Below are positions 37,575 to 47,792 of a DNA stretch of 64,000 bases, in pieces. A model generated the notes under the pieces. That model made no database searches and was not told the DNA's origin. It saw only the letters and a list, made by a program, of their open reading frames with translations. Made by a program: the position numbers and the translations under genes. The stretch covers positions 23,436 through 87,435 of the forward strand of contig OY820932.1 in NCBI GenBank assembly GCA_963682015.1. The letters are read 5' to 3'. Within the stretch, counting starts at the first letter, position 1, and the number at the start of each line of letters is the position of its first letter. The DNA is from Smithellaceae bacterium. GTDB lineage: Bacteria > Desulfobacterota > Syntrophia > Syntrophales > Smithellaceae.

Positions 37575-38687
37575 CTATCCGGTTTTTTTACAGGTGAAAA
37601 GCAAGACCGGTTTAATCGTTGTCCCCAGAAGAGAATCTTTTATGGCACGATTAATCTGCCTGAAATTATAAAATTTGATCAGCCGGTCAAAAGGAAATTT
37701 TCCGGCTTTATACCATCGAATCATGCGCGGGATGAATTTCTGCGGAACGGAATCTCCCGCAATCACCGACACGACTTTCCGGCCCGGGGGCGCCAAATCA
37801 GGCCCCCCGTCGCCTGTAAAATACGCCGCAGTACCACCTTTTTTCAGCACGTCAACAGCCATTTGCATGATCGTGGAACAGCCGGTGGTTTCCAGCGAAT
37901 AATCGATGCCACCCGGCGCAATCTCCCGGATGGCCGCTGCAATATCGGATCTTCGGCCGTCCACGAAGTGCGTCGCACCCAGTTCCAGGGCCAGTTTCAG
38001 GCGGGATGGCCTGATGTCCACTGCTATGACAGGCGCTGCACCGATCATATGGCCGGCCATTACGGCGGAAAGCCCCACCGCGCCTGATCCGAAAACAACC
38101 ATGCTTTCTTTTTTCCGTATTTTCAACTGATTCATGACAGCCCCTGCGCCCGCCTGTATACCGCATCCCAGAGGCGCCAGAAGGGAAAGAGGCAGAGTCC
38201 TGTCAACCTTGACCATGTTGCGTTCGGTAGTCAGCATGTGCGTGGCAAACGAAGACTGGCCGAAGAAATGCCCCCTCACGCCGCTTGCCGCGAATCCGTT
38301 AGTCCCGTCCGCACGCCGGAATCCGAAATTCAGATCATAAAATATCCGGCATTTTGTCGGCCGCCCGCTCCTGCAACTTGCACAGATGCCGCAGGATTGA
38401 AAAGACAGAATCACATGGTCGCCGGGGCGAAACCTCTTCACTTTACTGCCGACTTCTTCTACAATCCCGGCGCCTTCATGCCCCAGCACCTGCGGGCCGT
38501 CCGCCTCGTCCCAGTAATGCAACATACTGATGTCTGTATGGCATACACCTGTTGCCACGGTTCGTACCAGTACTTCATCATTCCGCGGATGTTCTATCCG
38601 GAGTTTTTCAATCCGGAGCGGTCCATCTTTTCGCCGCACAACCGCCGCCTGAACGCTCCTGACTTCTGAACTCTTTCTGACAGCCAT
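37575..38687 (-). CDS. Zinc-dependent NAD(P) alcohol dehydrogenase (aryl/benzyl-alcohol dehydrogenase-like)
   Basis: GVCHTD, GHEGAGIVEEVG, structural-Zn Cys cluster (CGICASCRSGRPTKC), GSGAVGLSA Rossmann motif, and a C-terminal FPFDRLI...IKPVL as in XylB-type enzymes. Confidence 0.88.
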   Translation of the reverse strand: MAVRKSSEVRSVQAAVVRRKDGPLRIEKLRIEHPRNDEVLVRTVATGVCHTDISMLHYWDEADGPQVLGHEGAGIVEEVGSKVKRFRPGDHVILSFQSCGICASCRSGRPTKCRIFYDLNFGFRRADGTNGFAASGVRGHFFGQSSFATHMLTTERNMVKVDRTLPLSLLAPLGCGIQAGAGAVMNQLKIRKKESMVVFGSGAVGLSAVMAGHMIGAAPVIAVDIRPSRLKLALELGATHFVDGRRSDIAAAIREIAPGGIDYSLETTGCSTIMQMAVDVLKKGGTAAYFTGDGGPDLAPPGRKVVSVIAGDSVPQKFIPRMIRWYKAGKFPFDRLIKFYNFRQINRAIKDSLLGTTIKPVLLFTCKKTG

Positions 38688-38814
38688 CCGGCGCCTTTCT
38701 GTTCTTTTTTAACGCATTTTACCATGAACATAATTGCTTTGCATTCCGGAGATGAGGGAATATAATAAAAAAACGGTTCAACCGGTTTACCCGATTTTTT
38801 CAGGAGGCGCCTGC

Positions 38815-39384
38815 ATGAAAGCTTTCATCGATCCGCCCAAACGCATCCCCTTTTATTTGCGCATCGGTATCTGGATATCCAAGTTGGTTACAGGACGAGA
38901 CCTTCTTCCGGGAAGGCTCCTGGCCTGGTATCCTAAAACAGCCATCAGCTCCGGCATCATGGAAGTACTGGTGGCTCACAAGGATAAAACGCTTGATAAA
39001 CGCATTCTCAAACTGGTCCGTATTCAAGCTTCATTCAGCGTGGCCTGCCCGTTCTGCATTGACATGAATTCTTATGACTTTGATCAGTTCGATATTACGC
39101 CTCAGGAGCTTGCAGCACTGCAGAAACAGATGAACCTTGAATCCGTCGGGACATTTTCTCCGCGTGAAATACTTGCAATGGAGTATGCCTCGCTGATTTC
39201 CAGCGCTCCTCTTTATTTTCCATCGGATTTTATCAGCCGTCTGAAAGCCCGCTTTACCGAGCGTGAAATCGTCATTCTGGCGTCAACCGTCGCTCAAGTC
39301 AACTACTGGGCCAGACTTCTTCAGGCTCTTGGTGTACCCCCCGCTGGCTTTTCAAACCAGTGCAGCATGCAAATAACTGAATAA
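38815..39384 (+). CDS. Carboxymuconolactone decarboxylase / AhpD-like family protein
   Basis: VACPFCIDMN (CxxC in an AhpD-like core), ~190 aa. ATG at 38815 with a CAGGAGG RBS; the ORF-track start at 38734 is unlikely. Confidence 0.7.
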   Translation: MKAFIDPPKRIPFYLRIGIWISKLVTGRDLLPGRLLAWYPKTAISSGIMEVLVAHKDKTLDKRILKLVRIQASFSVACPFCIDMNSYDFDQFDITPQELAALQKQMNLESVGTFSPREILAMEYASLISSAPLYFPSDFISRLKARFTEREIVILASTVAQVNYWARLLQALGVPPAGFSNQCSMQITE

Positions 39385-39396
39385 CAAGACCTGTAC

Positions 39397-40335
39397 TTAG
39401 ATATTTTTATCGTTTGTGGGCTTCATTTTTCTGTAATATGTCCATAATCGTTTATTCGGCATGAAAAACCGTACATTGCGTTTTTCTGTCTGAAAGCCAA
39501 GCCGTTTGGTAAACTTATACCACCATTCATCGAAACGCGTGGGTTGCCAGCTGCCGGCCCAATGAACCAGGAAAACAGGAGTTTGCTGAAAATAAATTCT
39601 CCCTTTATAGGCAATGCCGATTGATTCACCACCCCATTTTTCAAACTTGATATCCACGCAACCGGTCAGCCATGAAATAACCACCAGACTGGTATAACGA
39701 CAATCAGAAGTTATGAAATAATAATTTAATAAAGGTTGTTCCATGCATGCTAGTTCCATATGCGGCCGGAGTTCCTCAGCAGCAGACAGTTTTTCCGTCA
39801 TCATTTTCAGATTAAAGGCTGATTTTTTTGAAACAATAAATCCCGTGTTGGCTGAAAATTCGATCTGTTCCTTTGTGAGCTTATTGGTCTCAAAAATGCT
39901 GTTTTTCCAGACCCATTGCTGTAAGTTCGGATAGTTTGAATGGGATGTAATCACATCGTAATTTAGCAGAAATTGAAATACAAAATTGATATTGGCCAGA
40001 ACAACCATATCGACGTCAATGTAAACGAACTCATCGAATATCCCGTCCCACATGGCTAATTTGCGATAAGCGCCACAGGTATGCTCATGAAATTTCCTGC
40101 TGATTTCATCACAAGCCTCCAGAGTCCTGGAATCATCCCAGATTGTAAACCGGTACCTCTCCGACAACGCTTTGATCTTTTGCGAATCGTCGTCAAACGG
40201 AATCATGCATAAAGCGATTTCGGGATTATAGCATCGGAAACTATTTAAGAATGCAATTGTCAATTCGAAAGTCGTATCATTGGCTAAAAAATATATTCCT
40301 CTTTTCGTCCGTTTGCTGTTGTCAATCGAGTTCAT
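39397..40335 (-). CDS. Hypothetical protein, possibly a GT8-like nucleotide-sugar transferase (DxD motif)
   Basis: 312 aa. RGIYFLANDTTFELTIAFLNSFR... and YIDVDMVV (DxD-like) resemble GT-A/GT8 enzymes. Noticeably more AT-rich than its neighbours in my spot counts. The family assignment is tentative. Confidence 0.45.
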   Translation of the reverse strand: MNSIDNSKRTKRGIYFLANDTTFELTIAFLNSFRCYNPEIALCMIPFDDDSQKIKALSERYRFTIWDDSRTLEACDEISRKFHEHTCGAYRKLAMWDGIFDEFVYIDVDMVVLANINFVFQFLLNYDVITSHSNYPNLQQWVWKNSIFETNKLTKEQIEFSANTGFIVSKKSAFNLKMMTEKLSAAEELRPHMELACMEQPLLNYYFITSDCRYTSLVVISWLTGCVDIKFEKWGGESIGIAYKGRIYFQQTPVFLVHWAGSWQPTRFDEWWYKFTKRLGFQTEKRNVRFFMPNKRLWTYYRKMKPTNDKNI

Positions 40336-40377
40336 TTTTTATTCCTTGTTTGAAAATTGACTTCCTCCCGGACGATC

Positions 40378-40411
40378 AAAAAAAAGGAGCCATACATAAC
40401 GTACAACTCCT
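40378..40411 (-). terminator. Putative terminator downstream of tRNA-Pro
   Basis: On the minus strand, AGGAG...CTCCT (5-bp stem, long loop) is followed by T8. The stem is weak. Confidence 0.4.
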
Positions 40412-40420
40412 GTTTCTGAC

Positions 40421-40497
40421 TGGTCGGGGCGAGAGGATTTGAACCTCCGGCATCTTGGTCCCAAACCAAGCGCGCTACCAGGCTGCGCTACGCCCCG
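40421..40497 (-). tRNA. tRNA-Pro (anticodon UGG)
   Basis: The reverse complement CGGGGCGTAGCGCAGCCTGGTAGCGCGCTTGGTTTGGGACCAAGATGCCGGAGGTTCAAATCCTCTCGCCCCGACCA folds by hand. Acceptor 7 bp, D stem GCGC/GCGC, anticodon stem CTTGG/CCAAG with loop TTTGGGA, T-loop TTCAAAT, encoded CCA. Confidence 0.95.
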
Positions 40498-40507
40498 AAT
40501 GATAATT

Positions 40508-41104
40508 CTATTTTCCACACAGATGGCTTTTCAGTTGTGCAAAAGCCTGTCCGCGGTGACTGATTTTGTTTTTAATCTCCGGCGGTAATTCCGCCGCCGT
40601 TTTATCCGACTGCGGATCCAGAAAAATCGGATCATATCCGAAACCGTTGCTTCCTCTGGCCTGGTCGATGATTCGTCCATGCCACGCCGCTTCAAAAGCC
40701 TGATAATGGCCATCCGGGCCATACAAAACAAGAGCACAACGAAAAGCCGCCGTTCTTTTCTCTTCCGGTGTGTTTTTTAACCTTGCCAGAAGCTTGGCGT
40801 TGTTTTTTTCATCTGTAGCTCTTTCGCCTGCGTATCGCGCGGAATAGATACCCGGTTCTCCACCCAGAACATCGACCTGCAATCCGGAATCATCCGCAAG
40901 AACCGTTTCTCCTGTAAATTCTGAAATAACTCTGGCTTTTTTCAAAGCATTTTCCAGATAGGTTTGGCCATCTTCCACAATTTCCGGCAACGATGAAAAC
41001 TGATTCAGCGATACCAATTCAATATCCGTCCGGTCCAGCATTTCGGTTATTTCTCTGACTTTTCCCTCATTTCGGGTAGCAAAGACAATTCTCATGATCG
41101 CCAA
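40508..41104 (-). CDS. rdgB: Non-canonical purine NTP pyrophosphatase (RdgB/HAM1)
   Basis: [52 protein letters not shown]. Confidence 0.92.
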   Translation of the reverse strand: MAIMRIVFATRNEGKVREITEMLDRTDIELVSLNQFSSLPEIVEDGQTYLENALKKARVISEFTGETVLADDSGLQVDVLGGEPGIYSARYAGERATDEKNNAKLLARLKNTPEEKRTAAFRCALVLYGPDGHYQAFEAAWHGRIIDQARGSNGFGYDPIFLDPQSDKTAAELPPEIKNKISHRGQAFAQLKSHLCGK

Positions 41105-41823
41105 TCGCCTAAAACTTCCTTCTGACAGGCAATAATTCCGGCGATACCTTTTCCGGCCAGAGTCGTCATTTTATCCAGTTGCTCTTTATCAAAAGGAATA
41201 TGTTCCGCAGTTCCCTGCACTTCTATAAACAAACCCGCGCCGGTCATGACAAAATTCATATCCACGTCCGCCCGGGAATCCTCCTCGTATTCCAGGTCAA
41301 GCAGTATTTCTCTCCGTACAATGCCGACACTGACAGCTGAAACAAAATCCGTAACGGGAATGCTGTGAATGATTCCTTGCTCCTTCATGTCTTTAAACAG
41401 ATCAACGAGGGCGACAAATGCTCCGGTAATGGATGCGGTTCTTGTTCCACCATCCGCTTGAATGACGTCGCAATCGATGTAAACGGTTCTTTCACCAAAG
41501 GCCGAAAGATCCGTCACCGCCCTCAGCGACCGGCCGATCAGTCTTTGAATTTCCTGTGTTCTTCCTCCAACTTTTCCTCTTGCCGCCTCCCGTGATGAAC
41601 GGGTGGGCGTGGACATGGGCAGCATGGAGTATTCCGCGGTCAGCCAACCTTTGCCGGTATTTTTCAGAAACGGCGCCGTCTTGTCATCCAAAGACGCAGC
41701 GCACAATACCTTGGTATTTCCGAATTCCACCAGAACGGAACCGGCAACGTTTCGCAAATAATGATTGGTGATCCGGATCGGACGAAGTTCATCCAGCTTC
41801 CTTTCGAAATTTCTGTTGAACAT
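41092..41823 (-). CDS. rph: Ribonuclease PH
   Basis: RP......N......[16 protein letters not shown] and [13 protein letters not shown]...DCDV.QADGGTR signatures. Overlaps rdgB by 13 nt. Confidence 0.93.
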   Translation of the reverse strand: MFNRNFERKLDELRPIRITNHYLRNVAGSVLVEFGNTKVLCAASLDDKTAPFLKNTGKGWLTAEYSMLPMSTPTRSSREAARGKVGGRTQEIQRLIGRSLRAVTDLSAFGERTVYIDCDVIQADGGTRTASITGAFVALVDLFKDMKEQGIIHSIPVTDFVSAVSVGIVRREILLDLEYEEDSRADVDMNFVMTGAGLFIEVQGTAEHIPFDKEQLDKMTTLAGKGIAGIIACQKEVLGDWRS

Positions 41824-41830
41824 GCTGCTC

Positions 41831-42523
41831 CTAAAAGAATGCTTTAATGCTTTTCGCCAGCGCTCTGGCGATTTCCGCCTGTGATTTCACAGAAGTCAGT
41901 TTTTTCTTCTCATCGGGATTCGTCGCGAAGCCTATTTCAACGATCAGTAGCGGAACGGACAATCCTTCAGCCAGCGGAACCCCCGCTTCACGCAGTCCTC
42001 TGTTCTTTCGAGGAAACAGGACATCAAGATTTTTCTGCACCAGGCGTGCCAGCTTCACTGCATCATTCAGGTACCTGGTTTCCTGTGCATTGCCCGCAGC
42101 GCCTCTGGCTTCCTTTGGCGTTGATTCAAGATTTTTAAAACCTGGATAATAAAGTTCATATCCGGACGATTTCTTGCCGAAACCGGCATTACAATGCAGG
42201 CTCAAAACCATGGCAGGATTCATCTTCGCGATATTTTTTCTACGTTCCTCCAGAGAAACGGTTTTGTCCGCATTTCTTGTCAGCACGACTTCCAGATTGC
42301 TTTCTTTTGCCAGTTCCTTTTGTACGAACAGGGCAATCGCCAGGGCAATCTCTTTTTCTTCCACTTTATCCGCACCGATAACGCCAATATCCGTTCCGCC
42401 ATGAGCAGGATCAATCACTACAAGATGTTTTGAAGACTGCGCCTGAACTGCTCCTCCACCCGTAAGGGATATCATGAATATGGTAATAAAAACGATTATA
42501 TATTTCTGATACTTCTGAAACAT
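41831..42523 (-). CDS. N-acetylmuramoyl-L-alanine amidase (Amidase_3)
   Basis: Signal/TM segment, then [13 protein letters not shown]...LTR..D....L..R......A...LSLH.N...GYELYY...VE.GF..N. ATG at 42523 with an AAGGTGA RBS. Confidence 0.85.
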   Translation of the reverse strand: MFQKYQKYIIVFITIFMISLTGGGAVQAQSSKHLVVIDPAHGGTDIGVIGADKVEEKEIALAIALFVQKELAKESNLEVVLTRNADKTVSLEERRKNIAKMNPAMVLSLHCNAGFGKKSSGYELYYPGFKNLESTPKEARGAAGNAQETRYLNDAVKLARLVQKNLDVLFPRKNRGLREAGVPLAEGLSVPLLIVEIGFATNPDEKKKLTSVKSQAEIARALAKSIKAFF

Positions 42524-42622
42524 TTGTTCACCTTTTTTAGAATTTGATACCCGTTTCGGGTTGCGCCTGCTTATAGCAGAGTGGACTGGTTTGTCAATAA
42601 CAAATGGAAGTAGCGGCAATTT

Positions 42623-44773
42623 TCAAGCTTTTCGTATCCTTTCGATGGAACGAACGATTTTTAACTGCCGGATCGCTGAAAAAATGGCATTGAGCTGCTG
42701 GGTATCGTAGACATCTATCACAAATTCACAGTTTGCAATCATGTCGGTTGTTTCAACCTGAGCATAACTGATGTTGACGTCATAGGAGGTAATCACTGAA
42801 CTGACTTCTGTGATGACTCCCTTGCGATCCGCGCAAACCACCTTGATATGCACCGGATAAGCATGCTTCTGGCGAACATCCCAGTTTACATCGACAATTC
42901 GCTCGGCATCAAGTCTCTGCAGATGAGGGCAGTTTTGCGTATGAACGGTAATACCCCTCCCGCGGGAAATATAACCCGATATCTCATCTCCTGGAATTGG
43001 ATTGCAGCACTTGGCAAATTTTACCATCACGTCGTCGATTCCCGTCAGACTGATTCCCAGCGTTGGAGAAGCAGCGGACTTTTTCTCTTTCTTTTCCTTT
43101 TCCGGAGATTTCTCTGTTTCTCTTGTCTCATCCTGACTCAGAAAATGATTGACTACCTGTTTTGGTGAAATGCGGCCGTATCCTACTTGAGAGATCAGAT
43201 CATCCAGCGAAAGAAGTGAATGTTCCGTTAGTATTTTCTTTATTTCGTCTGATTTTATAAGCGTGGAGAATTTGAGATTATTTCTTTTAAATTCCTTCTC
43301 CAGCAAGTCCTTGCCCAGGAGCATCGAACTGTTTTTTTCCTCCAGGTTTATCCAGTTGCGGATTTTCGAGATTGCACGGGAAGTTACTACAAACTTCAGC
43401 CAGTCTTTGCTGGGGTGATGGCCTGCCTGTGTGATGATGTCTATCTGGTCGCCGTTTTGCAGCTGGTATCGCAGCGGCACGATGTTCCGATTAACCTTGG
43501 CGCCAGTGCACTGATGCCCGACATCCGTGTGAATGCTGTAGGCAAAGTCAATAGGGGTTGCGCCTTTGGGAAAGGATTTGACATCTCCATGCGGTGTAAA
43601 AACATAAACTTCTTCAGGAAACAGTGCCAGTTTGAGATTGGACATGAATTCTTTCGGATTCTTGATTTCCTGCTGAATTTCCAGAGCTTCCCGGAGTTTT
43701 TTGATCTGATTGTCTTCGTGATTCTGAAATGATTTTCCTTCTTTATAGCGCCAGTGCGCAGCGATGCCTTTTTCCGCCCATTCATGCATGGCTCGAGTCC
43801 GAATTTGAATTTCAACTCTTTCTCCGTAAGGACCAATGACCGCTGTATGCAGAGATTGATAATTGTTGGCCTTGGGCATGGCGATATAATCCTTGAAGCG
43901 GCCGGGAATCGGCTTCCACAGGGCATGCACAATGCTGAGGGCTTCGTAACAGCTTTTATCCACATCTGAATCCAGTATAATGCGAAAAGCGATCACATCG
44001 TACACTTCATCGAAATTGATGTGCTGCTCATGCATTTTTTTGTAAATGCCGAATAAATGTTTCGCCCTTCCTTCTACGTAACCACTGACGGCGAATTTTT
44101 GAAGTTCCTGAAAAATGATACCTTTTACTTCGTCCGTATACCGGTTGCGCATTTCCTGTGATTTGGCAACTCGTGTTCCGATTTCCCTGTAGGCCTCAGG
44201 TGAAACGTATTGAAAGGACAGATCTTCCAGCTCCATCTTCATCCAGTTGATCCCCAACCGGTTGGCCAGAGGAGCGTAAACGTCCATGGTCTCCCGCGCG
44301 ATGTATATTCTTCGATCCGCCGTCTGGTACTGAAGGGTCCTCATGTTGTGAATTCGATCAGCCAGCCTAACCAGAAGAATGCGGATATCGGCCGACATCG
44401 CCAGGATCATCTTACGAAAATTTTCCGCCTGCCGTTCTTCCTGCGAACCAAAGGAAATGCGGCTCAGTTTGGTCAGTCCGCTCACAAGAAAAGCAACGTC
44501 TTTACCGAATTCGCTCTCGATTTGTTCTTTTGTAGTCAGAGTGTCTTCAATGGTGTCATGCAGAAGGCCGCTGATGATTGTCGCCGAATCCATCTTCATG
44601 TCCACCAGGATACCGGCGACTTCCATTGGATGTGTAAGGTACGGTTCCCCCGACAGACGAACCTGTCCCTGATGTACCGTCGCTGAATAAATATAGGCCT
44701 TTTGAATCATCTCCAGCTCATCGGCATCCAGGTAGCTTTGAGCTTTATCAAGAATATCGTTGATTCTTAACAT
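42623..44773 (-). CDS. relA: Bifunctional (p)ppGpp synthetase/hydrolase (RSH family)
   Basis: HD hydrolase domain (HPMEVAGIL...LLHDTIEDT) and synthetase domain (DYIA.PK.NNYQSLHT), plus TGS and ACT regions, 716 aa. Confidence 0.93.
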   Translation of the reverse strand: MLRINDILDKAQSYLDADELEMIQKAYIYSATVHQGQVRLSGEPYLTHPMEVAGILVDMKMDSATIISGLLHDTIEDTLTTKEQIESEFGKDVAFLVSGLTKLSRISFGSQEERQAENFRKMILAMSADIRILLVRLADRIHNMRTLQYQTADRRIYIARETMDVYAPLANRLGINWMKMELEDLSFQYVSPEAYREIGTRVAKSQEMRNRYTDEVKGIIFQELQKFAVSGYVEGRAKHLFGIYKKMHEQHINFDEVYDVIAFRIILDSDVDKSCYEALSIVHALWKPIPGRFKDYIAMPKANNYQSLHTAVIGPYGERVEIQIRTRAMHEWAEKGIAAHWRYKEGKSFQNHEDNQIKKLREALEIQQEIKNPKEFMSNLKLALFPEEVYVFTPHGDVKSFPKGATPIDFAYSIHTDVGHQCTGAKVNRNIVPLRYQLQNGDQIDIITQAGHHPSKDWLKFVVTSRAISKIRNWINLEEKNSSMLLGKDLLEKEFKRNNLKFSTLIKSDEIKKILTEHSLLSLDDLISQVGYGRISPKQVVNHFLSQDETRETEKSPEKEKKEKKSAASPTLGISLTGIDDVMVKFAKCCNPIPGDEISGYISRGRGITVHTQNCPHLQRLDAERIVDVNWDVRQKHAYPVHIKVVCADRKGVITEVSSVITSYDVNISYAQVETTDMIANCEFVIDVYDTQQLNAIFSAIRQLKIVRSIERIRKA

Positions 44774-44800
44774 GAAGATTCCCAGTTCTGTGCCCCGATA

Positions 44801-46525
44801 TCAGCTTACCTCTTTCAATTCTGCTGCAATGATGCTCTGAACTTCGCGGACGACATCTCCCGTTTTGTAAAGCTTGCTCTCTCCGGTTTTTCGGACTTTC
44901 AACTCGACCTGTCCATCCTTCAGATTCTTGGGTCCCACTACAATCCGCAGCGGAATCCCGATCAGATCGGCATCCTTGAATTTTACTCCGGCCCGTTCAT
45001 CGCGGTCATCCAGAATGACTTCCATCCCGCAAGACTGCAACTGTTTGTATATATCCTCTGATGTTTTCATCAAATCCGGTTCGTTGATATTCACGGGTGT
45101 CACAATAACCTGATAGGGTGCCATCGGCATGGGCCAGATAATGCCATTGGCATCGAAGTTCTGCTCAATGCATGCAGCCACGGTCCTGCCGACACCGATT
45201 CCATAGCAACCCATAATCATGGTTTTTTCCTTGCCGTCGCGATCAAGATAAACGGCCCTCATGGCCTTGCTGTATTTTGTTCCAAGTTTAAATACATGTC
45301 CGACTTCAATTCCGCGTACAAACTGGATAGCGGCTCCGCATCGGGGACAGGAATCACCGGGTTGAACAACGCGCAGATCGGCAAAAGACTCCACTTTAAA
45401 ATCGCGATCGATATTTACGTTCCTTAAATGATAATCTTCTTTGTTTGCCCCGGTCACCAGGTTGACCAGATTCATGATGGAATAGTCTGCAATCACTCTG
45501 ACTTTAATACCCATCGCACCGGCAAAGCCGCGCGGCGCGCCGGTTGCTTTCAGAATCATTTCGTCATCGGCCAGCTCCAGTTCCGCTGCGCCCAGAACAT
45601 TCTTTACCTTTATTTCGTTAACCTCATGGTCACCCCGGATCAGGACGGCAACTGGCTTCCCGTCCGCGTTAAAGATCAGGGTTTTAACGATCTGCTGCGG
45701 AGGCACATTCAAAAATGCGCTGACTTCTTCAATTGTTCGTACGCAGGGCGTTTCGACACTTTCCACCGGCTGCCAGTTGTTTTCCATGCCTGCCGATTTT
45801 TGTGGCCTTGCAATTTCCGCTTTTTCCAGATTGGCCGCGTAGTTGCACTTTTCGCAAAAGACAATGGCATCCTCTCCCGATTCGGCCATCACCATGAACT
45901 CATGGGAAAAGCTTCCGCCAATACTTCCCGAATCCGCTTCCACCGGACGGAATCTCAATCCACACCGCCGGAAAATGTTCTTATAGGCCGTAAACATTTT
46001 TTCATAGCTTTTCTCCGCTCCTGCTTCATCAGCATCAAAACTGTATGCGTCCTTCATACCAAATTCGCGGCAACGCATCACACCAAAGCGCGGCCGCACT
46101 TCGTCGCGGAATTTTGTCTGAATCTGATACAGATTGCGTGGCAATTGACGATACGTTTTTATGTCGTTGCGAATCAGATCCGTAATGACTTCTTCATGAG
46201 TCGGTCCCAGACAGTAGTCGCGATCATTTCGGTCGCGAAAACGCAAAAGTTCCTTGCCATAATAAGTCCACCGTCCGGACTCCTGCCATAGTTCCGCGGG
46301 CTGAACCATCGGCATGTGGACTTCCTGTGCGCCCGCCCGATTCATTTCTTCACGGATAATCTGTTCCACTTTACGAATCACACGATAACCCAGCGGCAGA
46401 TAGGAATAAATTCCGCTGGTCAATTTACGAATCATTCCTGCCCGAATCATGAGTTGGTTGCTGACCACTTCAGCATCTGAGGGAACCTCTCTTCCCGTGG
46501 GCAGGTGCATTTCCAAATAACGCAT
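44801..46525 (-). CDS. proS: Prolyl-tRNA synthetase (bacterial type with editing insertion)
   Basis: Class II motifs (FRDE.RPRFG..R.REF.MKDAYSF; GCYGIGV.R), 574 aa. Confidence 0.95.
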   Translation of the reverse strand: MRYLEMHLPTGREVPSDAEVVSNQLMIRAGMIRKLTSGIYSYLPLGYRVIRKVEQIIREEMNRAGAQEVHMPMVQPAELWQESGRWTYYGKELLRFRDRNDRDYCLGPTHEEVITDLIRNDIKTYRQLPRNLYQIQTKFRDEVRPRFGVMRCREFGMKDAYSFDADEAGAEKSYEKMFTAYKNIFRRCGLRFRPVEADSGSIGGSFSHEFMVMAESGEDAIVFCEKCNYAANLEKAEIARPQKSAGMENNWQPVESVETPCVRTIEEVSAFLNVPPQQIVKTLIFNADGKPVAVLIRGDHEVNEIKVKNVLGAAELELADDEMILKATGAPRGFAGAMGIKVRVIADYSIMNLVNLVTGANKEDYHLRNVNIDRDFKVESFADLRVVQPGDSCPRCGAAIQFVRGIEVGHVFKLGTKYSKAMRAVYLDRDGKEKTMIMGCYGIGVGRTVAACIEQNFDANGIIWPMPMAPYQVIVTPVNINEPDLMKTSEDIYKQLQSCGMEVILDDRDERAGVKFKDADLIGIPLRIVVGPKNLKDGQVELKVRKTGESKLYKTGDVVREVQSIIAAELKEVS

Positions 46526-47608
46526 TCATCCTCCTTGTTTTTCGCTGTCCAGGGACCTGATCTCTTCGAGCAAAACCCCGACAAAATCTTTTTCTTCGAC
46601 TTTCTTATAGGCTACGCCTTTCTTAAACATCATTCCGAAACCCTGTCCGCCGGCAATACCGATGTCCGCATCCGCTGCTTCACCGGGACCGTTCACGACG
46701 CATCCCATCAGAGCCACTTTGATATAATCTTTTCTTGAGGCCAGCGCTTTTTCAACCTTCTCCACCAACCCCGTTAAATCAATCTGGCAACGCCCGCATG
46801 TGGGACAGGAAATGATTTCTGGACCTACTTTCCGGATTTTAAGAGCTCGTAATATGCCGTAAGCAATTGGTATCTCCTGAACCGGATCACCGGTTACCGA
46901 TACCCGGATGGTGTCACCGATTCCTTCATAGAGCAGCATGCCGATACCCAGCGACGATTTAATTGCGGCATTCACCAGCGTCCCCGCTTCAGTAACCCCC
47001 AGGTGTAGAGGGTAGTCGGTTTGTGCGGCAATTTTTCTGTATGCTTCTACCATCATCGGAACATCGGACGATTTAAGAGATATTTTGATGAGATCAAAGC
47101 CCATGTTTTCAAACATTTCAATTTTACTCATGGCGCTCTGGCAAAGAGCCTCGGCGGTCACGCCGCCGTGCTCCAGAATCAGATCCTTCTGTAACGATCC
47201 GGCATTGACACCGATGCGAATGACCGTCTGGTGTTCTTTGGCAACTTTGACAATTTCTTCGATTTTTTCTTTTACGATGTTGCCGGGGTTGATCCGAATG
47301 CCGTCAGCCCCGTTTTTGATGGCTTCGATGGCCAATTTGTAGTGAAAGTGAATATCGGCGATCAATGGAATACTGATCCCCTTTTTTATAGACCTCAAAG
47401 CCTCTGCCGCCTCTTCATCCGGAACGGCTACCCTGGCAATTTCACATCCTGCGCGTTGCATGGCATTGATTTGCTTTACCGTCGCCTCAATATTTCTCGT
47501 ATCCGTGTTGGTCATGGATTGGACGGAAACAGGCTCATCTCCCCCGATTTTGACTGATCCGATGTTGATGATTCTGGATTTTCTTCTCCTTTTTATCCCA
47601 TCATTCAT
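46526..47608 (-). CDS. ispG: 4-hydroxy-3-methylbut-2-en-1-yl diphosphate synthase
   Basis: RRKSR.I.IGSVKIGGD.PV.VQSMTNT, CPTCGRC, and GCVVNGPGEA Fe-S ligands. The start is uncertain, between 47608 (ATG) and 47668 (TTG). The stop abuts the proS start. Confidence 0.9.
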   Translation of the reverse strand: MNDGIKRRRKSRIINIGSVKIGGDEPVSVQSMTNTDTRNIEATVKQINAMQRAGCEIARVAVPDEEAAEALRSIKKGISIPLIADIHFHYKLAIEAIKNGADGIRINPGNIVKEKIEEIVKVAKEHQTVIRIGVNAGSLQKDLILEHGGVTAEALCQSAMSKIEMFENMGFDLIKISLKSSDVPMMVEAYRKIAAQTDYPLHLGVTEAGTLVNAAIKSSLGIGMLLYEGIGDTIRVSVTGDPVQEIPIAYGILRALKIRKVGPEIISCPTCGRCQIDLTGLVEKVEKALASRKDYIKVALMGCVVNGPGEAADADIGIAGGQGFGMMFKKGVAYKKVEEKDFVGVLLEEIRSLDSEKQGG

Positions 47609-47792
47609 ATAATCCCGTCTCACACCTATTTTTTTAATTTTTATAACATGTGTATTCATCGCGGGCAATGGCTAATTTGGCCTGGAGAAACTGCCATATT
47701 TTTCCTAAAAAAATGGCAGTTACAGGTATATTATAATAATCATTCCTGCCAACTGCCATTTAATCATTAAAATCTTCGGGTTTGACTGAATA

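Noticed and set aside
37426-37671. An 81-aa ORF in the araC-ADH convergent gap
   Set aside because: It overlaps the 3' end of the ADH gene, has no RBS and has low-complexity composition. The gap does contain a GGCGGC-N8-GCCGCC hairpin (37527-37546), but it has no U-tract on either strand.
25694-40497. Calling the whole block a tRNA-Pro-integrated genomic island
   Set aside because: I found no integrase, transposase or recognisable direct repeat of the tRNA 3' end. I report only compositional heterogeneity and accessory-type content.
45428-46291. A 287-aa plus-strand ORF inside proS
   Set aside because: It is antisense to an unambiguous prolyl-tRNA synthetase and has no recognisable motifs. 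The same reasoning applies to the long antisense ORFs at 32032-32643, 33509-34192, 34272-34835, 27732-28307 and 28745-29305.
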